Positions 27,207 through 36,767 of a stretch of 37,775 nucleotides of DNA are shown here, piece after piece; position 1 is the first letter of the stretch; every line of letters begins with the position of its first letter. Source of the stretch: an uncultured bacterium (GTDB taxonomy: Bacteria > CAIJMQ01); NCBI GenBank assembly GCA_964573245.1, contig CAZNJA010000010.1:1-37775 (forward strand), read 5' to 3'. Under the pieces are notes generated by a model, which was not told where the DNA came from, ran no database searches, and saw only the letters and a list, made by a program, of their open reading frames with translations. Both the position numbers and the translations under genes were made by a program.

Positions 27207-28130
27207 TCAAATGGAAAAAACGACGGAAGGACTTATTTTTTCTTTTTGAAGATGTTTTTCAAAAAAAGTTTTTATTTTATCTTTATACACTTTAGAATTT
27301 ATAGCGCCGTGCGTTGCGTCTTCAAAAACAAGAAGTTCTTTCGGTTCCTTGGCTTTATCGTAGAGTCTTTGAGCGTGTTGGACAGGCACAAGTGGGTCAT
27401 CTCTTGTATGAATAATCAAAATAGGAATGCCTAAAGAACCTATAAAATTTTCCGGATTAAGTTCGGACAATCCGCCTTTATATAGAATGTTTCCTAGAAA
27501 TCTTCCCCCAAAGCCGAAAACGTGTTTTAAAGGCCCCAAATTTCCGTAATATTGGGTTATCATTTCTGGAAAGTCCGCATAAGCACTGTCTGTGACAAGC
27601 GCTTTTACTTCTTTTGTCAAAGACAAAGTCTTTTCTTTGTCTTGAGAGCATGCTTTTATCGCGACTGCTCCTCCCAAAGAATACCCCCAAATCCCAATGG
27701 GCAGCCTGTTTATTTTTGGGTTGTTTTTTATGTAATTTATCGCTCCCAGAATGTCTCGATTTTCTCTAAACCCGAAACTTACCAACTTGCCTTGGCTGTC
27801 TCCATGTCCCCGGAAATCAAATAAAAAAAGATTGAACTGCGGATACAGGAAGGAGACAACAGGCAAAATGTCCGACTTGTTTGCAGGATATCCATGGCAA
27901 CAGATAATAGTTCCACGAGCTTGAGGAGAATATATAAGCCAACCGGAAAGTTTTTTGTTGTCTGAGGAAAAAAATGTTATTTCTTCGTAATATAATCCGA
28001 GATTTTGAGGTGTATATATGTTAGGTAAATGGGCAGGGAATAAAGCACGAATAACCGTAATAAGAAACACACCGATTATAATGAGAAAAAAGTCAATAAT
28101 AATTCTTCCTGTTATTTTTTTAAAGTGCAT
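27207..28130 (-). CDS. Alpha/beta hydrolase with N-terminal TM
   Basis: CHGY, FDFRGHGDS, GYSLGG, HTRDDPLVP and ATHG motifs (Ser-Asp-His triad). Confidence 0.92.
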   Translation of the reverse strand: MHFKKITGRIIIDFFLIIIGVFLITVIRALFPAHLPNIYTPQNLGLYYEEITFFSSDNKKLSGWLIYSPQARGTIICCHGYPANKSDILPVVSFLYPQFNLFLFDFRGHGDSQGKLVSFGFRENRDILGAINYIKNNPKINRLPIGIWGYSLGGAVAIKACSQDKEKTLSLTKEVKALVTDSAYADFPEMITQYYGNLGPLKHVFGFGGRFLGNILYKGGLSELNPENFIGSLGIPILIIHTRDDPLVPVQHAQRLYDKAKEPKELLVFEDATHGAINSKVYKDKIKTFFEKHLQKEKISPSVVFSI

Positions 28131-28211
28131 ATCTTATTTTCCGTAGTAGTAAATTTTTTTCAGAAGATATTGACGAAGGTTTATTTCTCGTTATTCTTTG
28201 TCGGAAATTTA

Positions 28212-28985
28212 TTAAAAATGGACCGATACGAAAACAGTGTAGGCCTGCTCATCTATAAATCTGCCTTCAAATCCGATTGTGGTATTCTCGTTCAGTATGA
28301 ATTCACAACCCCCAAAAACCCCTATTTTATTGGCGCTATATAACGTTTTTTCAATGTCTATAGCGCCTGCTTCCGCCTTTAGTAAAGTTTTTACATCCGA
28401 ATATTTTATCCCGCCGTATCCCAGAAAATTATCTGTCAATCCGCATAAACCTAAAGCAGCCTGCCATTCTTGGTACTGGCAATCCAAAGACACATTATCG
28501 TCGCTTTTGGAAAAACTGGTGCCGTCAATTTTGATTTTGTTTACGACCGGATTGGTCTGACGGTATTTTACATCCAGGCCTAAGCCCAACCTACTGGTTA
28601 TTCTGTAAAGTAAAATTGTTGTCCCTGCTCCCCAGAAAAAAGCGTCCTCTGTTATATATTTGATGTCTGCATTATCAACTTCTTGTTCAAATTCTCCGTC
28701 AAGCAAAGCTCCAAACAAAACATATGGCTGAATTTGCTCTTCCAGAAATATTCCCGTGGCTTTTAAGCCGGCCCAATTAGTCCGAGTAATTCGGGCATCT
28801 TTTTCCAATGTTCTACCGACGACAAAATCTCCTTCAATGGCTATATTCGCCGGGGGCTCGGAGTTCATTTGCGCGCTAAGTAGAGGTCTGCCAGGCACAT
28901 GAACAGGAGCACTGAAACTTCCAAAAGGGAAACTTATAACCAAACTTTGTGTCAACAAAAAAATTAAAACTTTTCTACTCATCAT
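28212..28985 (-). CDS. Outer-membrane beta-barrel protein, Chlamydia MOMP-like
   Basis: Signal peptide, amphipathic strands, YQEWQAALGL and EGRFIDEQA motifs, terminal Phe. Confidence 0.75.
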   Translation of the reverse strand: MMSRKVLIFLLTQSLVISFPFGSFSAPVHVPGRPLLSAQMNSEPPANIAIEGDFVVGRTLEKDARITRTNWAGLKATGIFLEEQIQPYVLFGALLDGEFEQEVDNADIKYITEDAFFWGAGTTILLYRITSRLGLGLDVKYRQTNPVVNKIKIDGTSFSKSDDNVSLDCQYQEWQAALGLCGLTDNFLGYGGIKYSDVKTLLKAEAGAIDIEKTLYSANKIGVFGGCEFILNENTTIGFEGRFIDEQAYTVFVSVHF

Positions 28986-29025
28986 TCTCCCCTTTTTAAT
29001 ATAATTATTCCCCGACTTACTCCTA

Positions 29026-29955
29026 CTAAGCTGAAGCGCCTTTTTTTGTCGGGACATCCACATTGATTTCTCTTTTTATAATCTCGTCGAGTTTTTCAAA
29101 AGGAATCGACATGGGCCTTCCCTCTTTGCTTTTAGATAAAAGGTCCGGAAGATTGCCTTGGACAACGCAGTCCGCCGCCCAAACGTTATAGACCATAGAT
29201 TCCGTAGCTAAGTCTATATCATATCCTTTTAAGATTGCAAGAAATATACCCTCGCTTTTATCAATTTCTTCAGTCTCTTTCCCGTCAAAATAACTGTCTT
29301 TTTTTATCTGATGAGTTACTTTCCAAGTAAAAGAAAAAACCGGCATATCCGGAGGAGTTAACGCTAAAGGATACCAACGCCTCGTAAACGTTCCGTCCTT
29401 TAAGTGAATAATTTTCATAAAATAAAAATCGATATGCGCACCTACCAAATCGTTTATCCGTAGATTCGTTACACGAAATAACAGTGATGGAATTCCCTCA
29501 TGTTCATCAAGAGCGATATGTTTGCTAAAATGGATTCTAATGCGAGCTCGGCTTAATCGGGAGAAAACCAAAGCGGTGAAAACGCCAATGAACATAAGCC
29601 CCGCAACTGCTTCCATCCCTGAAGCGATACGGCCTATACCTACTGCTCTTATATCGCCGTAACCAAGAGTAGTAATAGTAACTATGCTAAAAAATAACGA
29701 ATCCCAAATACTAATCATACTATTGGCAGCGTCTGAATAATTTAGTTTGAGAGTGTTGGAAAAATAATAAGACAATCCAAACAGAAGGGTGATGAGCAGC
29801 AGGAATAAAAACGTCCAGAAAAGGAAAAGAGACCACGGCAAGGCAACCAAATAATGGTAGGTGTCCTCCTGAAATCCCTTTCCCAAATAGCCCTTTTCGG
29901 GCGCGAGAATAGCCGCAAGTTTTTCGGATCCTGTTTTTTTGTTTCGCGTATTCAC
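29026..29955 (-). CDS. Inward-rectifier potassium channel (KirBac-like)
   Basis: FFSIVTITTLGYGD filter, 2 TM helices, IHFSKH..., LLFRVTNLR and TWKVTHQI cytoplasmic domain. Confidence 0.88.
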   Translation of the reverse strand: MNTRNKKTGSEKLAAILAPEKGYLGKGFQEDTYHYLVALPWSLFLFWTFLFLLLITLLFGLSYYFSNTLKLNYSDAANSMISIWDSLFFSIVTITTLGYGDIRAVGIGRIASGMEAVAGLMFIGVFTALVFSRLSRARIRIHFSKHIALDEHEGIPSLLFRVTNLRINDLVGAHIDFYFMKIIHLKDGTFTRRWYPLALTPPDMPVFSFTWKVTHQIKKDSYFDGKETEEIDKSEGIFLAILKGYDIDLATESMVYNVWAADCVVQGNLPDLLSKSKEGRPMSIPFEKLDEIIKREINVDVPTKKGASA

Positions 29956-30019
29956 AAAACCCTTGTCTTAAAATTAAAAGCGTTCAAGAACAATGTAAAT
30001 TGCTAACTGCACAGCGGAT

Positions 30020-30547
30020 TTATTTCATCCCCAGATATTTTTGCAATATATTCCAAGTCTCTTTTCCCACGATACCGTCGGCTTTAATGCCGTTGGCTTC
30101 TTGAAAACCCTTTATCGCTTGAATTGTTTGAGATCCCATTTTTCCGTCTATTTTGCCGGGGTCAAAGCCTGCAGTATAAAGGCATAATTGAACTTTCTTC
30201 GTGAAATCGTCCGTGGCTATCGTAGGGCTAGTTTCATATGTGCTCATTACTTTGAAAGACTGCAATTCGCTGGACAAAGCCGCCATTTTATTTTCAAGCT
30301 CCATGGTTCTTTCCTTTTCTTGGGAAAGCGCATTACGCAAATTATCTAATTCTGATTTAGTCTCTTGAGATAATCGTTCCACGCTTATTTTATAAGCATC
30401 TCTTTGCATAGCAAGCATTTCGTTTTCTTGCTTTAACCATTCGACTTCCTCTTTTAAATTTTTTTCGCTAACAGGGGCTTTCATTGTTGCGCATCCCGAA
30501 AACACCAAAACCAGAGACAACAATGCTATAAAAGTTATGGTTCTCAT
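30020..30547 (-). CDS. Lipoprotein with coiled coil and peptidoglycan-binding domain
   Basis: Lipobox FSGC; AGFDPGKIDGKMGSQTIQAIKGFQEANGIKADGIVGKETW. Confidence 0.9.
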   Translation of the reverse strand: MRTITFIALLSLVLVFSGCATMKAPVSEKNLKEEVEWLKQENEMLAMQRDAYKISVERLSQETKSELDNLRNALSQEKERTMELENKMAALSSELQSFKVMSTYETSPTIATDDFTKKVQLCLYTAGFDPGKIDGKMGSQTIQAIKGFQEANGIKADGIVGKETWNILQKYLGMK

Positions 30548-30677
30548 TAATACCTCCTTTGTTCTTTATCCCTTACTCTTAAGGGCTTGGGTTTAGAAGC
30601 AATATTTTTAAAAATTTTACACATGGGATTATATCACAAACGATATTTTTTGATGTCAAGTTCTTAGCTTGTAAAAG

Positions 30678-31391
30678 TCACATCAACCCTCTGTCTGCAA
30701 AACTGAAATACCTGTCATCTCCGATTATTATATGGTCAACCGCTTTTACATTAAGAATATTACTTGCTTGAACAAGTTGTCTTGTGAAATTCTTATCTTC
30801 CTCGCTTGGATTGGGGTCGCCTGAAGGATGATTATGAAAACAAATAATAGATGGAGCAAAATTTTCTATCGCCTTATGCAGAATCTCCCTTATTATAGGA
30901 TTTGCCTCGTTTACAGTACCAGCCTCAATCTCCACTACCTCTATTATTTTATTCTTGGAATTTAGAAGCAGAACTTTAAAAATCTCTTTCTTTAAGTCCC
31001 TCATTCTCGGCATAAGAATTTTAGCCGCATCTTTGGAAGTTCTTATTTTGGGCCTGTTTTCTCTTGCTTCGTCCTCCCTAAACCTTCGCCCAATTTCTAT
31101 TGCTGCTCTTATTTGCGCTGTTTTCGCTTTACCCACGCCCTTAAATTCTTTCCATGCGGACATATCCGTGTGCGACATATTCCGAAACGTTTTGAACTTT
31201 TTTAAAATCTTTCTTGCCAAATCTATTGCGCTGTCCCCTTTCACTCCTGTCCTTAAAAGAATAGCCAAAAGTTCCGTGTTAGACAGGTTATGTTCGCCGT
31301 TTTTTAAAAGTTTTTCGCGGGGGCGGTCGTCTTCGGGCCAAGAATTTATACCGGAAACGAGATATTTTTTGAGATTAGTAGAATTTCGCAT
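30678..31391 (-). CDS. radC: RadC family JAB/MPN domain protein
   Basis: PREKLL, ELLAILLRTG, GVGKAK, HNHPSGDPNPSEED and DHIIIG motifs. Confidence 0.95.
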   Translation of the reverse strand: MRNSTNLKKYLVSGINSWPEDDRPREKLLKNGEHNLSNTELLAILLRTGVKGDSAIDLARKILKKFKTFRNMSHTDMSAWKEFKGVGKAKTAQIRAAIEIGRRFREDEARENRPKIRTSKDAAKILMPRMRDLKKEIFKVLLLNSKNKIIEVVEIEAGTVNEANPIIREILHKAIENFAPSIICFHNHPSGDPNPSEEDKNFTRQLVQASNILNVKAVDHIIIGDDRYFSFADRGLM

Positions 31392-31407
31392 ATTGCTTCT
31401 GTCTTTT

Positions 31408-33522
31408 TCATTTATGGTCGGGAACGCTCTTATTTTCCCCTTGCCCCATATTATAACGATTATAAAGGTATGATACGCTCACGAACAAAATGCCTAACAC
31501 AATAAAAGTGATAATCTTAAATATAATGTCTACCCTTCCTAAGTCTATAAAGGCAACCCTCCACAAGGTTAGGGCAAGCATCAACAATCCTCCCAAGCGT
31601 TCGGTCTTATTTTTGTCAAGGATTCCCATAAGAATTACCGAAACACTCGCAATACCCAAACCTAGTGAAATCCATTGTGAGGTAAAGTATTGTAAGATAG
31701 CACATATTAATAAGGTTATCCCAGCCCAAAAAGTAATTTGCTCTTCCTTTTCAAAAAGCAAAACGATTTTCTTGCTTTGTTTGAGATATTTCATGGTAAA
31801 ATAAACTGCAAAAAATACTAAGACATTTGCGGCAACAATACACCATTTCAAAAGAGCTGAAGGAACGTGAATTTTTTCTATCATAAAAATTCCAGCCGCG
31901 ACCAATAAGACCAAATAGAGATATATTCTAAAACGTCTTAACCGCAACACAACGTTTAATCCCAATAAACCAAGTACTTCTGCGGATAAGGCAAGTGATA
32001 CCCACGGCTGTTTTATAATAGATAAGAGCAAAAGCGTAATATAAATCCAGGAAGCCGCAGAAAAAACATGGTCGACCCCCTTTTCCTCTTTATCAAAGCT
32101 CAAACCTGTTTTTGCGCGTTGCATCAGACAGAAACTTGCCGCCATTGAAATGGCCGCCCACAAAAACATAAATTCCAGCCATGTCCAGGTTAAACCCAAG
32201 AAATTCACATCCGCCATTCTTTCGCAACATGATAGAAAAACCAACCAGAAAGCGATACAAACGGATAAAGCATAACTAAGATAGCGGAATATTTTGTCTT
32301 TGAAATGTATCCCTACAAATAATAAGAACGGAACTTCAATTAACCATATAAGCAGGGTTGAGGTGGGTAAGAGTTTAAGAGGTATTGAAACGGTTATAAG
32401 AAACACGGCCGCTATAATATCGCTTATATATAATTTTTCTCGTCCCATTTTTTTCATTGCTAAGGACGAGAGCAAATATATAAGTCCTATAATTAGAACC
32501 AGAGTGAACCGCTGATTATAAAATAGTTTTAGAATTAAAGGATAGGCAAGAATACTGTATAAGGCGATATTCCCAAAATTAGTTACGGCGATAAGTTCGT
32601 TAAATTCTGGTTTTTTAAATGTTCTGGCAATATGGGCCCCCGCGAAAAAAACCAACCAATATGCAGTTAAAAAGAACAGGTTCATTAAAAGAGGATAATT
32701 AGCGGTTGTCATGCCAAAAAGAGTTGTTTGCCCGGTAGAAGCGGAAATATTTGGCATGACCCAGATGTAATGGATTGCGTAGGTAAGAATAATTCCAAGA
32801 ATAAATGTCTTCACCCATTGGAAATTATAAACTAGGAAAAGGATCACAAGCGCCAACAACATGCAACTTATAATCGTAAAACCTGTTATCTGTCCCAATG
32901 TCGCCGTTAAATACGCGATGAAAAGCGTTAACGACATCATCCCTTCGGATTTGTACTTTAAAACATGGGCCATCATGCCAACAACAACAAGCGACAAGAA
33001 CAGGATATCAACGAACTGATTTTGTATAATTCGAGATGCTTCAAAATGGTGCATAGCGTAAGTTGTAAAATAAACCAAAGCCCATCCCCCGCCCAAGAGG
33101 ACACGGCCAAAATTAATAAATTTCTCTTTTGCCTCCAACTTAAATCCCAAGAAAAATAGAACAGCGCTTACTAAATAACCAAACCCAATTTTCATTGCAG
33201 CACCGAAATACTTAAAGCTGTAACTAATCAAAAAACCTATGCCCAATGTCAAAATAACAATGCCGATTTTATTAAGCCAGTTTCTTCCAAAATTTAATTC
33301 TATATCAGCAGCTTGTTTTTTATCATCCAAAACACTTTTCACTTTCCTAACAGGAGGAGCTTCAATAGGAGTTTTAATAATATCTGTTTTTCCCGTATCC
33401 TCTTCTTGGGTTTTCGTCTCTTGCCCTGTCATCGACGATTCCAACTTATCCATTCTCCGCTGTAAATTAGATAATGACTTTCCAATATCACCTAACTGCT
33501 TTTTAACATCTTCGGGAATCAT
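31408..33522 (-). CDS. DUF2339 family polytopic membrane protein
   Basis: N-terminal coil, IELNFGRNWLNKIGIVILTLGIGFLI, many TM helices, C-terminal FIDL...KIITFIVLGILF. Confidence 0.85.
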   Translation of the reverse strand: MIPEDVKKQLGDIGKSLSNLQRRMDKLESSMTGQETKTQEEDTGKTDIIKTPIEAPPVRKVKSVLDDKKQAADIELNFGRNWLNKIGIVILTLGIGFLISYSFKYFGAAMKIGFGYLVSAVLFFLGFKLEAKEKFINFGRVLLGGGWALVYFTTYAMHHFEASRIIQNQFVDILFLSLVVVGMMAHVLKYKSEGMMSLTLFIAYLTATLGQITGFTIISCMLLALVILFLVYNFQWVKTFILGIILTYAIHYIWVMPNISASTGQTTLFGMTTANYPLLMNLFFLTAYWLVFFAGAHIARTFKKPEFNELIAVTNFGNIALYSILAYPLILKLFYNQRFTLVLIIGLIYLLSSLAMKKMGREKLYISDIIAAVFLITVSIPLKLLPTSTLLIWLIEVPFLLFVGIHFKDKIFRYLSYALSVCIAFWLVFLSCCERMADVNFLGLTWTWLEFMFLWAAISMAASFCLMQRAKTGLSFDKEEKGVDHVFSAASWIYITLLLLSIIKQPWVSLALSAEVLGLLGLNVVLRLRRFRIYLYLVLLVAAGIFMIEKIHVPSALLKWCIVAANVLVFFAVYFTMKYLKQSKKIVLLFEKEEQITFWAGITLLICAILQYFTSQWISLGLGIASVSVILMGILDKNKTERLGGLLMLALTLWRVAFIDLGRVDIIFKIITFIVLGILFVSVSYLYNRYNMGQGENKSVPDHK

Positions 33523-33595
33523 GGGAATCTCCTTTTGACTAAATTTAAAAACGTTCTAATCAAGATACGTCTTATTCCTTTGCATGCTTATGTAA

Positions 33596-34738
33596 TTATT
33601 TTAATTTTGCGTGAATTTCGCTCATCAGTTTGCCGGGTTTGATTCCTTGAGGGCATTTTTCTTCGCATTGGCCGCATTGATTGCACAGATTTGCGCGTTG
33701 TGCTTCCGGGACAAATCTTCCGTAGGCAAAGCGGGAGGCAGGCATATCGTCATATATAATACCGTTGTTATATAGTTCCAGAATCCAGGGGATATTCACA
33801 CCCTGAGGGCAGGGGAGGCAATAACCGCATTTCGTGCAGGGAACAGCGGTCCGCTTTAGAAATGCTGAGCGTACTTGCTCAATAAGTTTCAGGTCTTTGG
33901 GCGAAAGTGGTTGGGTGCTGAGTAATTCGGCAGCCTGCAGATTTTCATCAAGCTGTTGCATTTTACTCATGCCGCTAAGCAGGCAAGTGACTTCCGGCTG
34001 GTTCCATATCCATTGCAAAGCCCACTGCGCAGGAGAACGCTTAATAGAATATTCTTCGAATATTTTCCGCACTTTCGGCGGCGGGTTTGCAAGCTTGCCT
34101 CCTAATAAGGGCTCCATGACGACAACAGCAAGTCCTTTAGATGCGGCGTAGCGCAGTCCTTTAGTTCCTGCCTGGTTTTCAATGTCCATGTAGTTATACT
34201 GTATCTGGCAAAAATCCCAGCGCTCGTAGCCATCAACAATCAGTTTGAATGAATCATACTTGTCATGAAACGAAAACCCAATGTGTCCTATTCTTCCGTC
34301 TGCTATAGCCATCTCGGCTTTTTTCAGGAGTCCTAATTTGAGAATAGTATCTTCCCATCTCTTTTTGTTGATTCCGTGCAGAAGATAAAAATCAATATGC
34401 TCGGTTTGCAATTTTTTCAGTTGTTCGTTTAAGAATTTGTCGAAGTCGCCGGGCGAGGCAACGGACCACAGCGGTGATTTTGTCGCCAGTTTTACTTTAT
34501 TCCGGTATCCGTCTTTAAGTGCTTTGCCGGTAACAATCTCACTGTTTCCGCCATGATACGGATATGCGGTATCAATGTAATTCACGCCGCGATCGATTGC
34601 AGAGCGGATAAGCCACACAGACTCTTTTTCGTCTATATCACCGCTCATAATTTTGTTGTCTTGCGTAGGAAGGCGCATACAGCCAAACCCCAGCGCAGAT
34701 ATCTGATAATCAAGTTTTCCGAATTTTCTATATTTCAC
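33596..34738 (-). CDS. Aldo/keto reductase with C-terminal Fe-S domain
   Basis: LGFGCMRLP, YIDTAYPYH, IGFSFHD, CTKCGYCLPCP and CNQCGQCEEKCPQ motifs. Confidence 0.95.
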   Translation of the reverse strand: MKYRKFGKLDYQISALGFGCMRLPTQDNKIMSGDIDEKESVWLIRSAIDRGVNYIDTAYPYHGGNSEIVTGKALKDGYRNKVKLATKSPLWSVASPGDFDKFLNEQLKKLQTEHIDFYLLHGINKKRWEDTILKLGLLKKAEMAIADGRIGHIGFSFHDKYDSFKLIVDGYERWDFCQIQYNYMDIENQAGTKGLRYAASKGLAVVVMEPLLGGKLANPPPKVRKIFEEYSIKRSPAQWALQWIWNQPEVTCLLSGMSKMQQLDENLQAAELLSTQPLSPKDLKLIEQVRSAFLKRTAVPCTKCGYCLPCPQGVNIPWILELYNNGIIYDDMPASRFAYGRFVPEAQRANLCNQCGQCEEKCPQGIKPGKLMSEIHAKLK

Positions 34739-34756
34739 AAGAAACCCTTTTCTGAA

Positions 34757-35326
34757 TTATCCTTTTTTCTCTTTGCCGATATTAAACGCATCACCCTGAT
34801 ATTTACCTATCCCGTAATAAGTACGACTTGCGGGATTGAAAATCAGCGGTTTTATTTTCTCGATATCGGGGCCATTTTCTCCAAGCACAGCATCTTCGGC
34901 TTTTATATCCTTGATTTCTCCTATAAACTGCGTATGCAATCCCAGTTTCACACTCTTGAACAAAACGCATTCCAGGATAAAAGGAAACTCCTTAACATAC
35001 GGCGCGTCCACACAATCGCTTTTTATGGGAGTAAGCTTCATCGCCGCAAACTTATCTTCCGCCCTGCCCGAGACTATTCCAAAATAGTCGGCTTCCTTTA
35101 TGTGTTTTTCCGAAGGAATGCTTATGGTAAATGCCCTGTGCTCTTGTATATTAGCATAAGTATATGTGGCTTCCCGCAGAGCAACATAAACACAGGGAGG
35201 CTGTGAACAACATATGCCTGCCCAGGCGGCAGTCATAACGTTCGGCTTGCCGCTTTTATCGTATGTTCCCACGACAAAGACAGGAGTGGGGAAAACAATG
35301 GTCTTGGCTCCGATAGAAATTTTCAT
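34757..35326 (-). CDS. Flavin reductase family protein (flavoredoxin-like)
   Basis: [28 protein letters not shown] and HTQFIGEI motifs; AAGGAG RBS. Confidence 0.93.
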   Translation of the reverse strand: MKISIGAKTIVFPTPVFVVGTYDKSGKPNVMTAAWAGICCSQPPCVYVALREATYTYANIQEHRAFTISIPSEKHIKEADYFGIVSGRAEDKFAAMKLTPIKSDCVDAPYVKEFPFILECVLFKSVKLGLHTQFIGEIKDIKAEDAVLGENGPDIEKIKPLIFNPASRTYYGIGKYQGDAFNIGKEKKG

Positions 35327-35382
35327 CGTATTCTCCTTAATTGGTAGTGAGTTTTAAAAAGCCATAAACGCTGGGTCTAATT

Positions 35383-35535
35383 ATGGTTTTTTAGTCTTTT
35401 ATGTTTGCTCCCTTGCGTAAAACGCTTGAAAATTTCTTGCAAAATTTTCTTCGCACACTTCGGGATGGTTTTTTCGCCTTTTGTGTTTGCTCCTTGCCTA
35501 ACCGCCCCAAAATTCTTTTTGATAATTTTTGGGCA
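35383..35535. repeat. Degenerate tandem duplication, ~82-nt unit
   Basis: Cores at 35383-35416 and 35465-35497 are identical at 30 of 34 positions; each is adjoined by an AAAATT...AATTTT hairpin. Confidence 0.8.
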
Positions 35536-35981
35536 GGCTGCGGAGTTAATCCGCCTATACAACTTACGTGTTCACCATAGGCGGACAACGTAAGTTGTGG
35601 GCTCATTAAGGGTCCTACTCATTAAATGATGAGGAAAACCTCTCTTTTATTTAGCGTTTGTTATTATACTATCAATGTTAGGATTCTCAAAAAATTGACT
35701 ATTTTGAGAGGTCTTTCCTCACTTAATTTGTCTTAATTGTCCTGTCTTTTGGGGATGAAAAGTGCGTAAGTATCTTTAAAATTGAGACTTACGCATTGTT
35801 CATTTAAAAGAGTTGGACATTTGGCAGAAAATTGAATTTTTAACGAGATTTTTCAGTTATGGTTATCTCGTTTTTCTTGCAGCCCAAACAACTGGTTTTA
35901 GTATTACTCTAACTGTTTTTTTCAATAAAGGTATCTCGTTTATGAAGTCTGCAATTGGTGGAGATATTTTATAGTGAGTGG

Positions 35982-36767
35982 TTACGAAAACTGCATCCTA
36001 CTCCAAAAATACAGAATCCCAATTAGTATAGGCTGGTGGAGAAAGTAAATTACTAATGAATGCCTGCCTAAGAAACAAAAAGATTTTATAATAGGAAAAT
36101 TGGAAATATCAGCCAGAGTAAACCTTCGTATATAATTAGGATAGAAAACTCTTCCGAAAAATAATCCTATCAAAACTATCCCAAACCATGGCAGTAACGG
36201 GAAATAATCTACAGTATGATAGTAATGAGTTTTAATGAACAAAAGCCAAAAGAGCCACGAAAAATCAAAAGTAATACTTTTTAAGTATATTCCCAAAGCT
36301 ACAAAAACAATGCCTATCCAAAGATTCCAGAAATGCAGTTTTTTCAGGAATGGATAGGCCAGAACAATGGAAACCCCAATAAGATGAAGTATCCCAAATC
36401 TTACAAAATTTTCCCCCAAGAAAATTCGTGTCATTAAGGTGATGAACAATCCTAGAGAAAAGATTATCAAGCCTCTCTTTAGATATTTAAGAAACAGCCT
36501 CTTAGTGCTATATATTCTTTCAGCCCTTGAATAATTGATGGTTAAGGATACTCCGACCAGAAAGAGAAAAATTGTTGCAATGATAGTTTGAAATATATGC
36601 CAGAAGCCCAATGTCAAACTAAAATTATAACCAGTAAAGTAATTCAGGAAATAGAGTGAATGAAAAATAACCATCATAACCATTGCCACACCACGTAGGA
36701 AGTCTATTTCCCAAAAGCGTTGTTGTAGTTTTCCAATGTTACTATTTATTGCTACTTTGAACAGCAT
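35982..36767 (-). CDS. DUF1624 / heparan-alpha-glucosaminide N-acetyltransferase-like membrane protein
   Basis: RFWEIDFLRG, FLFLVGVS, FGILHLIG, DYFPLLPW and LGRHSLVIYFLHQP motifs. Confidence 0.9.
   Translation of the reverse strand: MLFKVAINSNIGKLQQRFWEIDFLRGVAMVMMVIFHSLYFLNYFTGYNFSLTLGFWHIFQTIIATIFLFLVGVSLTINYSRAERIYSTKRLFLKYLKRGLIIFSLGLFITLMTRIFLGENFVRFGILHLIGVSIVLAYPFLKKLHFWNLWIGIVFVALGIYLKSITFDFSWLFWLLFIKTHYYHTVDYFPLLPWFGIVLIGLFFGRVFYPNYIRRFTLADISNFPIIKSFCFLGRHSLVIYFLHQPILIGILYFWSRMQFS

Noticed and set aside
30678-31391. radC as a marker of a mobile element
   Set aside because: It is the full-length chromosomal type with the N-terminal HhH region, and there are no adjacent mobility genes.
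5568-35206. Numerous antisense or overlapping ORFs in the track (e.g. 5568-6122, 30955-31473, 34553-35206)
   Set aside because: They are shadow frames of well-supported genes on the opposite strand and have no protein motifs.
35383-35497. CRISPR array or type III toxin-antitoxin repeats
   Set aside because: There are only two imperfect copies, the intervening sequences resemble each other, and no cas or toxN-like gene is present.
35377-35606. Short ORFs (61-71 aa) in the structured intergenic region
   Set aside because: They overlap in several frames, have no RBS or recognisable motif, and are explained by repeat composition.
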